From Clostridiales bacterium (lineage in GTDB: Bacteria; Bacillota; Clostridia; Christensenellales; HGM11417): a stretch of DNA of 64,000 bases. The stretch is taken from contig JAAYQN010000007.1 of NCBI GenBank assembly GCA_012519285.1, forward strand, positions 1,831 to 65,830, read 5' to 3'. The notes below the pieces were generated by a model that did no database searches, was not told the origin of the DNA, and saw nothing but the letters and a program-made list of their open reading frames with translations. The position numbers were made by a program, and so were the translations under genes. Of this stretch, positions 39,650 through 50,842 are shown one piece after another; positions within the stretch are counted from its first letter, which is position 1, and each line of letters begins with the position of its first letter.

Positions 39650-40828
39650 ATGCTTGTAAACAAGAATTTCTTTAACGTCAGCGAGAGCTACCTCTTTTCC
39701 ACGATAGCGAAAAAGGTTAACGAGTTTGCCGCAAAGCATCCCGACAAAAAGATAATAAGGATGGGCATAGGCGACGTCACACGCCCCCTTTGCCCCGCCG
39801 TTGTGGGTGCGCTTAAAAGGGCGGCGCTCGAGATGGGCGACGCCGCCACCTTCAGGGGATACGGCCCCGAACAGGGCTACGATTTTTTGAGAACCGCGAT
39901 AAAGGATTACTACCTGAGGAGGGGGGTAGAGCTCGAGCTTGAGGAGATCTTTATAAGCGACGGCGCAAAGAGCGACATAGCCAACATTTTAGACCTCTTT
40001 GCCGCCGAAAATACCGTCCTGATTCCCAATCCCGTCTATCCCGTTTACCTCGACACCAACATTATGGGCGGCAGGAAAATACTCTTCATGGACGCCAACG
40101 AGCAAAACCTATTCCTGCCGCTGCCCGACCGTTCGGTCAAGGCTGATATAATCTACATCTGCTCGCCCAACAATCCCACCGGCGCCGTCTACGATACGGA
40201 AGGCCTCAAAAAATGGGTGGATTACGCGCGGGGAAACGGCGCCATAATCCTCTTTGATGCCGCGTATGAGGCCTATATCAAAGACGATGGCCTTCCCAGA
40301 AGCATATTCGAGATCGAGGGCGCCGAAGAATGCGCAATAGAGTTTTGCTCGCTCTCCAAGACTGCGGGCTTTACGGGAACCCGCTGCGGCTACACCGTGG
40401 TTCCCAAGGCGCTCTCCAAGCTGGGCGCCGACATAAACAAGATGTGGCTGCGCCGCCAGACTACCAAATTCAACGGCGTGGCGTACATCGTGCAGAGGGG
40501 CGCCGAGGCGGTGTTCACCCCCGATGGCCAGAGGCAGATTAGGGAAAGCATCGGCTACTATATGGAAAACGCGGGGATAATTTCATCTGCCTTGAGCGAA
40601 GCGGGCGTATGGCACGTGGGCGGCAAGAATTCCCCCTACATCTGGCTCAAGTGCCCCGATGGAATGAGCTCATGGAACTTTTTCGACTACCTGCTCGAGA
40701 AGGCGAACGTGGTGGGCACCCCCGGCAGCGGCTTCGGCAAAAACGGGGAGGGGTACTTCAGGATGACCGCCTTCGCCTCGAGGGAAAACACCATTGAGGC
40801 TATGGAGAGGATAAAGAAAATTTTTTGA
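39650..40828 (+). CDS. dapL: LL-diaminopimelate aminotransferase
   Basis: 392 aa. The N-terminal motif SESYLFSTIAKKVNEF, IRMGIGDVT and SLSKTAGFTGTRCGY (PLP lysine) are typical of DapL-type aminotransferases. It clusters with dapF and lysC. Confidence 0.82.
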   Translation: MLVNKNFFNVSESYLFSTIAKKVNEFAAKHPDKKIIRMGIGDVTRPLCPAVVGALKRAALEMGDAATFRGYGPEQGYDFLRTAIKDYYLRRGVELELEEIFISDGAKSDIANILDLFAAENTVLIPNPVYPVYLDTNIMGGRKILFMDANEQNLFLPLPDRSVKADIIYICSPNNPTGAVYDTEGLKKWVDYARGNGAIILFDAAYEAYIKDDGLPRSIFEIEGAEECAIEFCSLSKTAGFTGTRCGYTVVPKALSKLGADINKMWLRRQTTKFNGVAYIVQRGAEAVFTPDGQRQIRESIGYYMENAGIISSALSEAGVWHVGGKNSPYIWLKCPDGMSSWNFFDYLLEKANVVGTPGSGFGKNGEGYFRMTAFASRENTIEAMERIKKIF

Positions 40829-41027
40829 ATAAGCGGCAAGGGGGACGTATTCCGCCTACCCCCTTGCAGCGCGCTTAATATCCGATGGGCTATTCAATAT
40901 ACAGCCTTCTCTATCCCGATATTGCTTAATAACCATCAATATTAACTGTTACTTAAATACATATAGGCATTATTTTTTTGATTTTCTGAAGATTTTGTTA
41001 AAAAATAATATCATTTCGGAGCTTTTA

Positions 41028-41687
41028 ATGAATTTAAAGGCGGCGATTTTTGACCTTGACGGGACGCTTATAGACAGCTTAAAGGATTTGCACCTCACCA
41101 TGTCAAGGGTGCTGGAGCTTGGGGGCTATCCCGTAATAGACCTTGAGAGGGTGCGGCATCTAATCGGCAACGGGGCGAGGGAGTTTGTAAGGCTCTCTCT
41201 CCCTGATGGCGCGAGGAGTGAGAAAAACGTCGACAAGTTCCTCAATATATACAGGGAGCTTTACGACGAGATAGGCTCCCAAAACACCATGCCCTTTGAT
41301 GGGATAGAGGAGGTGCTTGACGCCCTCTTTGACAAAGGGATAATTGTGTGCGTGCTCTCCAACAAGCCCCATCCCAACACGCTCGATATGGTGGCAAAGT
41401 TCTTCCCAAGGCACCGGTTCCACTACGTGCTCGGCCAAAAGGATATCTTTCCGCCAAAGCCCGACCCTTCTTCAGCCCTGCATATAGCGACGGCGCTGAA
41501 CCTTTTCCCCAACGAGATAGTCCTTATCGGCGACGGGGAGAGCGACGTGATGGTCGCGAAAAACGGCGGGTTTTTCGGCATCTCCGTGCTGTGGGGATAC
41601 AGGACGCTAAAAGAGCTTACGGAAGCGGGCGCGCGGGTATTCGCCCGAACGCCCCGCGACATATTGAGGATAATGGGTTTGGAATAG
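41028..41687 (+). CDS. HAD-superfamily hydrolase (phosphoglycolate phosphatase-like)
   Basis: From ATG 41028 (GGAG upstream). Motif I AAIFDLDGTLIDS, motif II SNK, motif IV GDGESD. Confidence 0.75.
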   Translation: MNLKAAIFDLDGTLIDSLKDLHLTMSRVLELGGYPVIDLERVRHLIGNGAREFVRLSLPDGARSEKNVDKFLNIYRELYDEIGSQNTMPFDGIEEVLDALFDKGIIVCVLSNKPHPNTLDMVAKFFPRHRFHYVLGQKDIFPPKPDPSSALHIATALNLFPNEIVLIGDGESDVMVAKNGGFFGISVLWGYRTLKELTEAGARVFARTPRDILRIMGLE

Positions 41688-41739
41688 CGAGCAAATATCG
41701 TTTTGAGTTTTGAAAAAGCCAATAAACCGCTCGAGGGAA

Positions 41740-42462
41740 TTAATTCCTTTTTACCTTGTCATAAAGATTGTACCTATCGGGCGAGATTATCGCCGAAAAC
41801 AGCCTGTTCTTTGCCTGAGGGATGTCCCTTAACAAGTTCTTTACATATTCCCTCTTGGTGTTGTTATTTGCGGGGCAGGGGTTTGAAAGCACTGGGAGCT
41901 GCCTCGCAAACGACGAGATATCCTTCTCCCACAGGTAAATCATGGGTCTTATCACCGTGACGCCCGTCCTGTCCATGCGCGACACCGGCAGAAAAGTGGA
42001 CAGCCTGCCCTCGCAAAAGGCCGACAGCAAAAAGGTTTCTATCAGGTCATCGGCATGGTGGCCGAGCGCAAGCTTGTTAAAGCCCATCTTCCGCGCGAAG
42101 TCGCACAGCGCCCCCCTCCTCATCTTGCTGCACAGGCTGCAGGGGTTTTTCTCCTTCCTGATGTCGAAGATTATATAAGCGATGTCGGTGGGGATAACCT
42201 GAAAATCAACGTCTATGCTCTGGCAGTATTCCTTGATGGCGGCAAGCCCCCTCTCGTCGCGGCCTTTAAAGCCCATGTCGATTGTAACGCCCATGAGCTC
42301 GAACTCCTGAGGGGAAAACCTCTGGTACGCCTTGAGGGCGGTCAGCAGCGTCAGGCTGTCCTTTCCTCCCGACACCCCCACTATAATCTTGTCCCCCCCT
42401 TCTATCATGTTGTAGTCCGTCACCGCTCTCCTGAAGGGCGAGAGTATCTGCTGTATCGTCAT
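41740..42462 (-). CDS. ttcA: tRNA 2-thiocytidine biosynthesis protein TtcA-like (PP-loop ATPase)
   Basis: From ATG 42462 (AAGGTGAAGG upstream). PP-loop VGVSGGKDS, CSLCSKMRRG and a C-terminal CPAN motif. Confidence 0.8.
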   Translation of the reverse strand: MTIQQILSPFRRAVTDYNMIEGGDKIIVGVSGGKDSLTLLTALKAYQRFSPQEFELMGVTIDMGFKGRDERGLAAIKEYCQSIDVDFQVIPTDIAYIIFDIRKEKNPCSLCSKMRRGALCDFARKMGFNKLALGHHADDLIETFLLSAFCEGRLSTFLPVSRMDRTGVTVIRPMIYLWEKDISSFARQLPVLSNPCPANNNTKREYVKNLLRDIPQAKNRLFSAIISPDRYNLYDKVKRN

Positions 42463-42569
42463 GCCTTCACCTTTATCGCAAATATTGATATTATCATACA
42501 ATATCGTTGTTGACATAATCAACTAAATTTTATATAATTTTAGGGAAAAGCAGCCCTTTTGGAGATTTT

Positions 42570-43394
42570 ATGGACAATTTTTTCAAGGAAGCGGGCGAAA
42601 TATTCAACGGCTTCAGCTTGCAGGACGCGCTGGATATATTGTTGATATCAGCCTTGATATATATATCGTTTAAATTCTTCATAAAAAACAACGCCTTGGC
42701 TCTGGTTAAAGTATCCGTACTGCTGGTCGCCGCGGCGCTTCTTATTAACATGATCGGCCTCAGGATATCGGGGGAAATCGTCAAATATTTTCTCCTCACC
42801 TCGTATATCGGGGTGCTCGTGCTGTTTTCAAGCGACTTAAAGAGGAATATATGGACCTCCAGAAAGAGGCTGCATTTTGACAAATACATGGAAAGCAACA
42901 CCGAGGAAGAACTCAAAGCCGCAACCGAGGAAATCGTCAAGGCGGTGCAGAACATGGCAAAGCGCGACACCGGCGCGCTTATAGTGTTCGTCAACAACCA
43001 GCCCCCCGCGGGGATAGTCGAGAGCGGCGTGGTCCTGAACAGCGAGATAAGTTCCCAGCTGCTCGAGAGCATCTTCATTCCCAAGTCGCCGCTTCACGAC
43101 GGGGCGGTGCTGATAAAGGGCAACAAGATACTCGCCGCGGGCTGTTTTTTGCCGCTGTCGCTCGAGATAAACCTGCCCAAGGAGTTCGGCACCCGGCACA
43201 GGGCTGCGCTGGGCGTATCCGAGGCGCATAACCTCACCTCCATCGTCGTCTCCGAGGAGACGGGAATAATCTCCATCGCAAAGGACGGGCAGCTCAAGCG
43301 CTACATTGACGGCGAAATGCTTAAGACCACCATCGAGGGTATCTACGGCCTTTCAAGCGAAAAGGCCGAAACCAGGTGGCACAGGAAGAAATAG
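42570..43394 (+). CDS. cdaA: diadenylate cyclase CdaA (DisA_N domain)
   Basis: Three N-terminal TM helices, then a DAC domain: PLHDGAVLIKGNKILAAGCFLPLS and GTRHRAALGVSE...IVVSEETGIIS. Confidence 0.9.
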   Translation: MDNFFKEAGEIFNGFSLQDALDILLISALIYISFKFFIKNNALALVKVSVLLVAAALLINMIGLRISGEIVKYFLLTSYIGVLVLFSSDLKRNIWTSRKRLHFDKYMESNTEEELKAATEEIVKAVQNMAKRDTGALIVFVNNQPPAGIVESGVVLNSEISSQLLESIFIPKSPLHDGAVLIKGNKILAAGCFLPLSLEINLPKEFGTRHRAALGVSEAHNLTSIVVSEETGIISIAKDGQLKRYIDGEMLKTTIEGIYGLSSEKAETRWHRKK

Positions 43395-43396
43395 TC

Positions 43397-43531
43397 ATGA
43401 GATATATTTTCTGGAACCAGTCTTCGAGGGAAAAATCCAAAGCCAGGCAGCAGGCGGTACTCAAGGAAGTGGGACTTTGCCTGCTTTCGCTCGCGGTGGG
43501 CTTTGCCGTTTGGCTGCTGCTGTCGCTGTAA
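43397..43531 (+). CDS. 44-aa single-pass membrane micro-ORF (possible CdaR N-terminal remnant)
   Basis: The ATG lies 2 nt after the cdaA stop. MRYIFWNQSSREKSKARQQAVLKEVGLCLLSLAVGFAVWLLLSL has one hydrophobic helix and is immediately followed by a strong terminator. It is too short for the ORF track. Confidence 0.35.
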   Translation: MRYIFWNQSSREKSKARQQAVLKEVGLCLLSLAVGFAVWLLLSL

Positions 43532-43542
43532 GGCTATTTTGG

Positions 43543-43572
43543 CAGCTGTATCCCCATACAGCTGTTATTTTT
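43543..43572 (+). terminator. rho-independent terminator after the cdaA unit
   Basis: CAGCTGTAT-CCCC-ATACAGCTG followed by TTATTTTT. Confidence 0.8.
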
Positions 43573-43734
43573 GCGCGAAAAAGGCCTCAGTCTACGGCTT
43601 TACCAAAGCCCCTTTACCTTCAAGGAGCTTTCTTTTTAGTTTACTTAAAGGTATTTATATTTGTTTGACCTTGCGATATAAGAACTTTTTATTTTTTTGA
43701 TACAGCGTTTTTTTGCCAGAAGAGGGAGAATCGG

Positions 43735-44964
43735 ATGTCTTTTTTTGTAACTGCCGCGGATATCTTGTTGCCGGCTAAGGGCATTGACCTTGAGAAATTT
43801 GCCTGCATAGCGTGCGACCAGTTCACTTCCCAAAGGGAGTATTGGGAAGAGCTTGAGCGCTTCGTGGGGGACAGCCCCTCGGCGCTGCGGCTTATTTTGC
43901 CCGAGGTATACCTGTCAGAGGGCAATCTGGGCTACATAGAGCGCATAAACTCTGCCATGGAAAGCTACCTGCGCCGGGGAATTTTCGAGGAGCACAAAGG
44001 CTGTATGGTTTACGTGGAGCGCTCCACCCCTTACGCCGGAATCAGAAGGGGGCTGGTGGCGGCAATCGACCTTGAGGCGTACAGCTTCGAGGACGGGGCT
44101 AAGACCCTCATAAGGACGAGCGAGGGAACGGTGCTCTCCCGCATTCCCCCGAGGGTGGAGATAAGGAAGAAGGCGCCGCTGGAACTGCCGCATATAATGA
44201 TACTGATAGACGACGAGGAGCGCTCCGTGATAGAGCCCCTGCAGGGCGAGGGTCTGGAGCTGCTGTACGATACAAAGCTTAACATGGGCGGGGGCAGCGT
44301 CAGGGGATACAAGGTCACGGCCTGCGACGCCGTAATAGAGAGGCTAAAGAAACTGGCCGCCCCCGATGCCATTGCCAAAAAGTACGGCAGTGAGGAGAAT
44401 ATGGCGATGGCGGTAGGCGACGGCAATCACAGCCTGGCGACCGCAAAGGCGATATGGGAGCAGATAAAGCCCGGGCTGTCGGAAGAGGAAAAAAAGAGCC
44501 ATCCCGCAAGGTTCGCCCTGGCGGAGATAGTCAACATATACGACGAGGGAGTGCACTTCCACCCCATACACAGGGTTTTTTTCGTGGAAGACGGAAGGCA
44601 TTTCGCGGAAGGGCTGAAAAGGCATCTGAAAGGCTTTACCAGCAAGGGCGAGATAATTTTTGACGGCAGGAGGGAGGAAATACCCTTGCCCGGCGGAGCC
44701 GCCGAGGCGGTGACGGCGGTGCAGGAGTACGCCGACGCCTGTATCAAAGAGAGCGGCGGGGAAGTTGACTACATCCACGGCGAGGATGCCGTGCTTGAAA
44801 TCTGCAAAAGGCGAGGCGCTGTGGGCGTGCTGCTGCCCCCAATCAACAAGAACAGCTTTTTCGAGTACATCATAAAGCAGGGGAGCTTTCCGAGAAAGAC
44901 CTTCTCGATTGGCGAGGCGTGCGAGAAGAGGTACTATATAGAGGCGAGAAAGATCAGAAGGTAA
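43735..44964 (+). CDS. hypothetical protein, possibly DUF1015 family
   Basis: 409-aa ORF with RBS GAGGGAG. Its size and GDGNHS / PRKTF-type motifs resemble DUF1015. The assignment is tentative. Confidence 0.5.
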   Translation: MSFFVTAADILLPAKGIDLEKFACIACDQFTSQREYWEELERFVGDSPSALRLILPEVYLSEGNLGYIERINSAMESYLRRGIFEEHKGCMVYVERSTPYAGIRRGLVAAIDLEAYSFEDGAKTLIRTSEGTVLSRIPPRVEIRKKAPLELPHIMILIDDEERSVIEPLQGEGLELLYDTKLNMGGGSVRGYKVTACDAVIERLKKLAAPDAIAKKYGSEENMAMAVGDGNHSLATAKAIWEQIKPGLSEEEKKSHPARFALAEIVNIYDEGVHFHPIHRVFFVEDGRHFAEGLKRHLKGFTSKGEIIFDGRREEIPLPGGAAEAVTAVQEYADACIKESGGEVDYIHGEDAVLEICKRRGAVGVLLPPINKNSFFEYIIKQGSFPRKTFSIGEACEKRYYIEARKIRR

Positions 44965-45022
44965 GCGCCCATCGCTTTGCGGGCAAATTGAGGAACTTAT
45001 TTTTTACATAAAGGAGCGACGC

Positions 45023-46339
45023 ATGGGAATCAAGGTTTGCAAATTCGGCGGCACGTCGCTTGCCGACAGCGCCGCCATAGAGCGGGTGGCAGGCATCGTC
45101 AGGGCCGACGGCGAGAGAAAGTACATCGTGGTCTCGGCGCCGGGGAAAAGGGATAAAAAGGACGAAAAGGTGACGGACCTACTCTACCGCTGCGCGGACG
45201 AGGCGAGGCAGACGGGCGATTGCCCAACCTTTTTGCTGATAAAAAAGCGCTTTAAGGAGATAGTGAAAGGCCTTAAAGTTGACATCGACATGGAGGGCGA
45301 GCTTGAGAGGATAAGAGAGAGGATAATCTCCAGCCGAGGCGACAGGGACTACGCAGCATCAAGGGGAGAGTACTTAAACGCCCTCATCTTGGCCGCCAAA
45401 TTGGGATATGAGTTTGTCGACGCCGCGGACATAATAAAGTTTGACAGAAAGGGCGCGTTCGACAGCGAGTACACCAACGACCTCGCTTTTTTAAGGCTGA
45501 AAAATATCGAGCGCGCGGTGATACCGGGCTTTTACGGCAGCACCCCCGACGGCATAAAGACATTCTCGAGGGGCGGTTCCGACATCACGGGCTCCATAAT
45601 CGCGCGCGCGGTGGGCGCCGACCTTTACGAGAACTGGACGGACGTGGACGGCTTTTTGACTGCCGACCCCAAGATAGTGGAAAACCCAAAGCTCATCGAC
45701 ATGCTCTCTTACAGGGAGCTGAGGGAGCTTTCTTACATGGGCGCCTTCGTGCTTCATTCCGAGGCGGTGTTCCCCGTGAGGAAGGCAAACATTCCCATTG
45801 AAATAAAGAACACCTTTCACCCCGAGCGCAGCACAAAGATAGTTGCCGCCGAGGATTACGACCGGACGGGAAAGCTGGTTACGGGCATCGCGGGCAAAAA
45901 GGATTTTACGGTAATCTTCATCGAAAAGCAGATGATGAACTCCGAGCTGGGCTTTTGCCGCCGAGTGCTCTCTGTGCTCGAGCACTACGAGATATCCATA
46001 GAACACATCCCCACCGGCATTGACACCATGTGCCTGGTGATACATTCCGAGGAGCTTGACGGCAAACTCGACGTCGTGCTCGACAAGATAAAGAGCGCAG
46101 TGTCGGCCGACAACGTGAGCGTGTTCCACGGCCTTGCCATGATAGCGCTCGTCGGCCACGGCATGAAAAACCGCATTGGTACTGCGGGAAGGCTCTTTTC
46201 CGCCCTCGGCCGCGCCGGCATCAACGTGCGCATGATAGACCAGGGCAGCAGCGAGATAAACATAATCGTGGGCATCGACAACAAGGACTACGAAAACGCC
46301 ATCAGGGCGATATACAATGAGTTTTTGATAAATCCATAA
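45023..46339 (+). CDS. lysC: aspartate kinase
   Basis: MGIKVCKFGGTSLADSAAIERV, an amino-acid kinase fold (SRGGSD, TDVDGFLTADP) and C-terminal ACT domains. 438 aa. Confidence 0.9.
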   Translation: MGIKVCKFGGTSLADSAAIERVAGIVRADGERKYIVVSAPGKRDKKDEKVTDLLYRCADEARQTGDCPTFLLIKKRFKEIVKGLKVDIDMEGELERIRERIISSRGDRDYAASRGEYLNALILAAKLGYEFVDAADIIKFDRKGAFDSEYTNDLAFLRLKNIERAVIPGFYGSTPDGIKTFSRGGSDITGSIIARAVGADLYENWTDVDGFLTADPKIVENPKLIDMLSYRELRELSYMGAFVLHSEAVFPVRKANIPIEIKNTFHPERSTKIVAAEDYDRTGKLVTGIAGKKDFTVIFIEKQMMNSELGFCRRVLSVLEHYEISIEHIPTGIDTMCLVIHSEELDGKLDVVLDKIKSAVSADNVSVFHGLAMIALVGHGMKNRIGTAGRLFSALGRAGINVRMIDQGSSEINIIVGIDNKDYENAIRAIYNEFLINP

Positions 46340-46484
46340 AAACAGGCATAATCGGATTTTTTATTACCTGTACCATGATTCACCTTTTGTTTGATGAACA
46401 AAATTTACTTTACAGTTATATCAATTTAACTTCATTCAATCTATATCTTTTCAAAAAATAAAATAAAATTTTATATGTAATAAC

Positions 46485-46517
46485 AAAAAAGCGGCCCGAT
46501 AAAATGGACCGCTTTTT
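46485..46517. terminator. bidirectional terminator between lysC and groEL
   Basis: GCGGCCC...GGACCGC hairpin flanked by A6 on one side and T5 on the other. Confidence 0.55.
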
Positions 46518-46533
46518 ATGCATTCTGAGCGAA

Positions 46534-48198
<1,665 letters not shown>

Positions 48199-48209
48199 TC
48201 ATGCCCCGC

Positions 48210-48497
48210 TTATTCCTCTATGACGGCGAGGATATCGCTTTGACGAAGGATTACCACGTCTTTCCCGTCAAACTTGAACTCGCTTCCGGAATACTTGGAA
48301 TAGAGAACCTTATCCCCAACCTTAACCTGCATAACGACTTCCTTGCCGTCCACTATTCCGCCGGGGCCTACCGCTATGACGGTAGCCATCTGCTGTTTCT
48401 CCTGCGCTGCGGAAGGAAGGATGATGCCGCTTTTGGTCCTCTCTTCCGCCTCAACGGGCTCGATGACGACTTTGTCAAAAAGTGGCTTGATCTTCAT
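48210..48497 (-). CDS. groS: co-chaperonin GroES
   Basis: MKIKPLFDKVVIEPVEAEERTKSGIILP, 95 aa, RBS AGGAGGA. Confidence 0.96.
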   Translation of the reverse strand: MKIKPLFDKVVIEPVEAEERTKSGIILPSAAQEKQQMATVIAVGPGGIVDGKEVVMQVKVGDKVLYSKYSGSEFKFDGKDVVILRQSDILAVIEE

Positions 48498-48536
48498 ATA
48501 AAATCCTCCTGTTAAATATTTTTGTTCAACATGGCG

Positions 48537-48563
48537 TTAGCACTCTTGGTGGTTGAGTGCTAA
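48537..48563 (-). promoter_or_regulatory. CIRCE operator (HrcA binding site)
   Basis: TTAGCACTC-N9-GAGTGCTAA is a perfect match to the CIRCE consensus and lies about 40 nt upstream of groES. Confidence 0.92.
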
Positions 48564-48755
48564 CAGCAATATTATATAATACATTGCGAGAAAATGAAAA
48601 AAGAACAATGACGAAAAAATAAAATTATTGTCATTTATTTGCCTTTATGGGTGTTTAGGTATATAATATTATCATATTTTGACCTTTTTTACAACTTTTT
48701 CCACACCTTTTTTGATGGTAAAATACAAAATATTATATAGTTCGGGGATTCGCGC

Positions 48756-49208
48756 ATGGACAAGTGGGACAAAAGGTTTATGCAGCTCACCAGGACCGTC
48801 GCCACGTGGTCGAGTTGCTTTCAGGAAGGGAGGAAGGTCGGCGCGGTGATAGTGAGGGACAAGCGCATAATCACCACGGGCTACAACGGGGCACCATCGG
48901 GAATCAAAAGCTGCGTCGAGAAGGGGGAATGCCTCAGGAAAAAGCTGGGCATTCTCAGCGGCACCAAGCACGAGCTGTGCTTTGCCGTCCACGCCGAGCA
49001 GAACGCCATTATCCAGGCGGCGAGGCTGGGCATATCGATTGACAAGGCGACGCTTTACTGCACCCACCAGCCCTGCGTCATCTGCGCCAAGATGATAATA
49101 AACGCCGGCATAAGCAGGGTGGTTTACGAGCACGGCTACCCCGACGAGTTCTCCCTTCAGCTCTTTGAAGAGGCAAATATCAAGGTAGAAAAGTATATGG
49201 AGGATTGA
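48756..49208 (+). CDS. comEB: deoxycytidylate (dCMP) deaminase, ComEB-like
   Basis: 150 aa. Zinc motifs HAEQNAI and PCVICAKMIINAGI. Confidence 0.88.
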   Translation: MDKWDKRFMQLTRTVATWSSCFQEGRKVGAVIVRDKRIITTGYNGAPSGIKSCVEKGECLRKKLGILSGTKHELCFAVHAEQNAIIQAARLGISIDKATLYCTHQPCVICAKMIINAGISRVVYEHGYPDEFSLQLFEEANIKVEKYMED

Positions 49209-49306
49209 GCTTTTTTGGATGAACTCAACCTTAGATTTTACGCAAAGCGCTGATAAAAAAATTATATCCTTATATAACATATATTATAAAAGCCTTGAGG
49301 TTACCC

Positions 49307-49996
49307 TCAGGGCTTTTCTATAATCCTTCCGCAGATCTTGTTTATGCACCTTTCCAGCGCGTCCTTGACAGTCCCCCAGGGCTTGCCGTTGCTTTTGTAA
49401 TCGAACATGTCGGCAAAATGCCCAAGCTCGGCGTGAAGGCGCTCGAGGTTTTTTGCCTGCACCTGGGACAAGGCTCGCAGATATTCCTTTTCGCAGCTTC
49501 CGGCATTCCTTGAGGCGTTGAGCAGCAGGCAAAAGTGCCCCATGCAAAAGCCCTTTCCTTCCCAAAAAAGCTTTTTAAACTCTCCATCTTTTCCGTACAT
49601 CTGAGCCACCGCGCCGGCGTACCTTTCCATGTGAGGCCCGATGAGACTGCAGATGACGCAGCTTTTTAGGTGCCCCATGAGCTTGTCCGCCATCTTTTGC
49701 GCCGCCCTGCGGCTTTCCGCTACTTCAATTTCCTTCATGAGGTATCCCAGCCTGGTGTGCGCCTGAAGGGCCAGACCCAGCTTGTTATCGCCCATATAGA
49801 GCTGCTCAAAATGCCTTGGGCAAAAGCCATACCTGTTGACCTCGCCGCGGCAGGAGTCTTCCATTACCGCCTCGTTTAGGTAACTTGAGACAAACTTGCC
49901 CTCTATGGTCAGATATATCCCGCACAGGGGGCATTCGCCCTTTTCCCTGAAGTTATCCCATATCAGGATGTTGTCGATATGATAATTCATCGCCAT
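49307..49996 (-). CDS. Cys-rich hypothetical protein with an internally duplicated CxxC...GFCxxHF module
   Basis: From ATG 49996. MAMNYHIDNILIWDNF..ECPLCGIY..YGFCPRHF..KSCVICSL..KGFCMGHF. About 229 aa, family not recognised with confidence. The 169 extra N-terminal codons of the track ORF overlap the divergent SPOR gene. Confidence 0.6.
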   Translation of the reverse strand: MAMNYHIDNILIWDNFREKGECPLCGIYLTIEGKFVSSYLNEAVMEDSCRGEVNRYGFCPRHFEQLYMGDNKLGLALQAHTRLGYLMKEIEVAESRRAAQKMADKLMGHLKSCVICSLIGPHMERYAGAVAQMYGKDGEFKKLFWEGKGFCMGHFCLLLNASRNAGSCEKEYLRALSQVQAKNLERLHAELGHFADMFDYKSNGKPWGTVKDALERCINKICGRIIEKP

Positions 49997-50107
49997 CTCC
50001 GCATACAATGTACTGTAAAAAGCGAAGGGGGTAAATGTTTGCAGGGCAGCGGCTGCAGACACTATAGTCAGCATTATAAAACAAAAAGCGCTAAAAGGAA
50101 AGGATAT

Positions 50108-50842
50108 TTGGATGGTTTTCTCAAAATATCCTCCCTCGTCTTCAGCGTACTGATGACGCTGGTCTTTGCCGCCCTCATGTCGGGGGGGTTTATGCTGCGC
50201 GCGGGCGACGTTTCCCAGGGGGTCACGGTGGAGGCGAGGGACTACTATGCAATAAGCTTCGGCTCCTATTCCACGGTGCAGCAGGCGGAAAAGGCGGCGA
50301 GGCAGCTTCGCGCGCGAGGCGGCGGCGGCTACATACAAAAAAGCGGCGGCAGCTACAAGGTCTTCGCGGCGCTTTACCTCAACAAGGCTGATGCGCAGAC
50401 GGTTTGCCATAAGATCAAAGAGGGCGGCTCGGACTGCGCGGTGCAGAAGATTGAGGTGCCGGCGTTTAAGTTCCGATACGAAGCCGACAAAATTTCGGCT
50501 CACAAGTTGGGCGACATACTGGAGTTTATCAATTTCTGCATAGAAGGGCTGTACGCCGTGTTCGTCGAGCTCGACAGCAGAATGATAAACGAGCTGGACG
50601 CCCAGGTTAGGATAGAGGGCCTTAAAAACGAGGCAATCCGCTTAAAGGGCGAGCTCGACAGCTTGCCCGGTCAAAGCTCCCACCAGTTGATAAGGCTAAA
50701 GGCTGAATTCGTGTCGCTGCAGATAAACCTCGGGGCCATTTCCGAGAACTCCCTGCTCTCCGAAAACACCAGCGTCGAGGTCAAATATTTTATGCTTAAA
50801 ATTGCCTTTAGCTATCAGAGTTTCGCCAACGAGATTAAATAA
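50108..50842 (+). CDS. SPOR-domain membrane protein
   Basis: Probable TTG start at 50108 after AAAGGAAAGGA. A TM helix ISSLVFSVLMTLVFAALMSGGFML is followed by a SPOR-like region YAISFGSYSTVQQAEKAARQLRARGGGGYIQKSGGSYKVFAALYLNKADAQ and a helical C-terminal region. Confidence 0.6.
   Translation: MDGFLKISSLVFSVLMTLVFAALMSGGFMLRAGDVSQGVTVEARDYYAISFGSYSTVQQAEKAARQLRARGGGGYIQKSGGSYKVFAALYLNKADAQTVCHKIKEGGSDCAVQKIEVPAFKFRYEADKISAHKLGDILEFINFCIEGLYAVFVELDSRMINELDAQVRIEGLKNEAIRLKGELDSLPGQSSHQLIRLKAEFVSLQINLGAISENSLLSENTSVEVKYFMLKIAFSYQSFANEIK

Noticed and set aside
40829-41027. GCAAGGGGG...CCCCCTTGC hairpin after dapL as a terminator
   Set aside because: No T-run follows it, so it was left uncalled.
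43306-43700. 120-aa and 65-aa plus-strand ORFs downstream of cdaA
   Set aside because: They span the cdaA 3' end, the terminator and the promoter region, and give Ala/Gly/Arg-rich translations with no RBS.
49997-50503. Upstream 169 codons of the 398-aa minus-strand ORF
   Set aside because: It overlaps the SPOR gene. The translation is low complexity until the MAMNYHID start, so the shorter gene is preferred.
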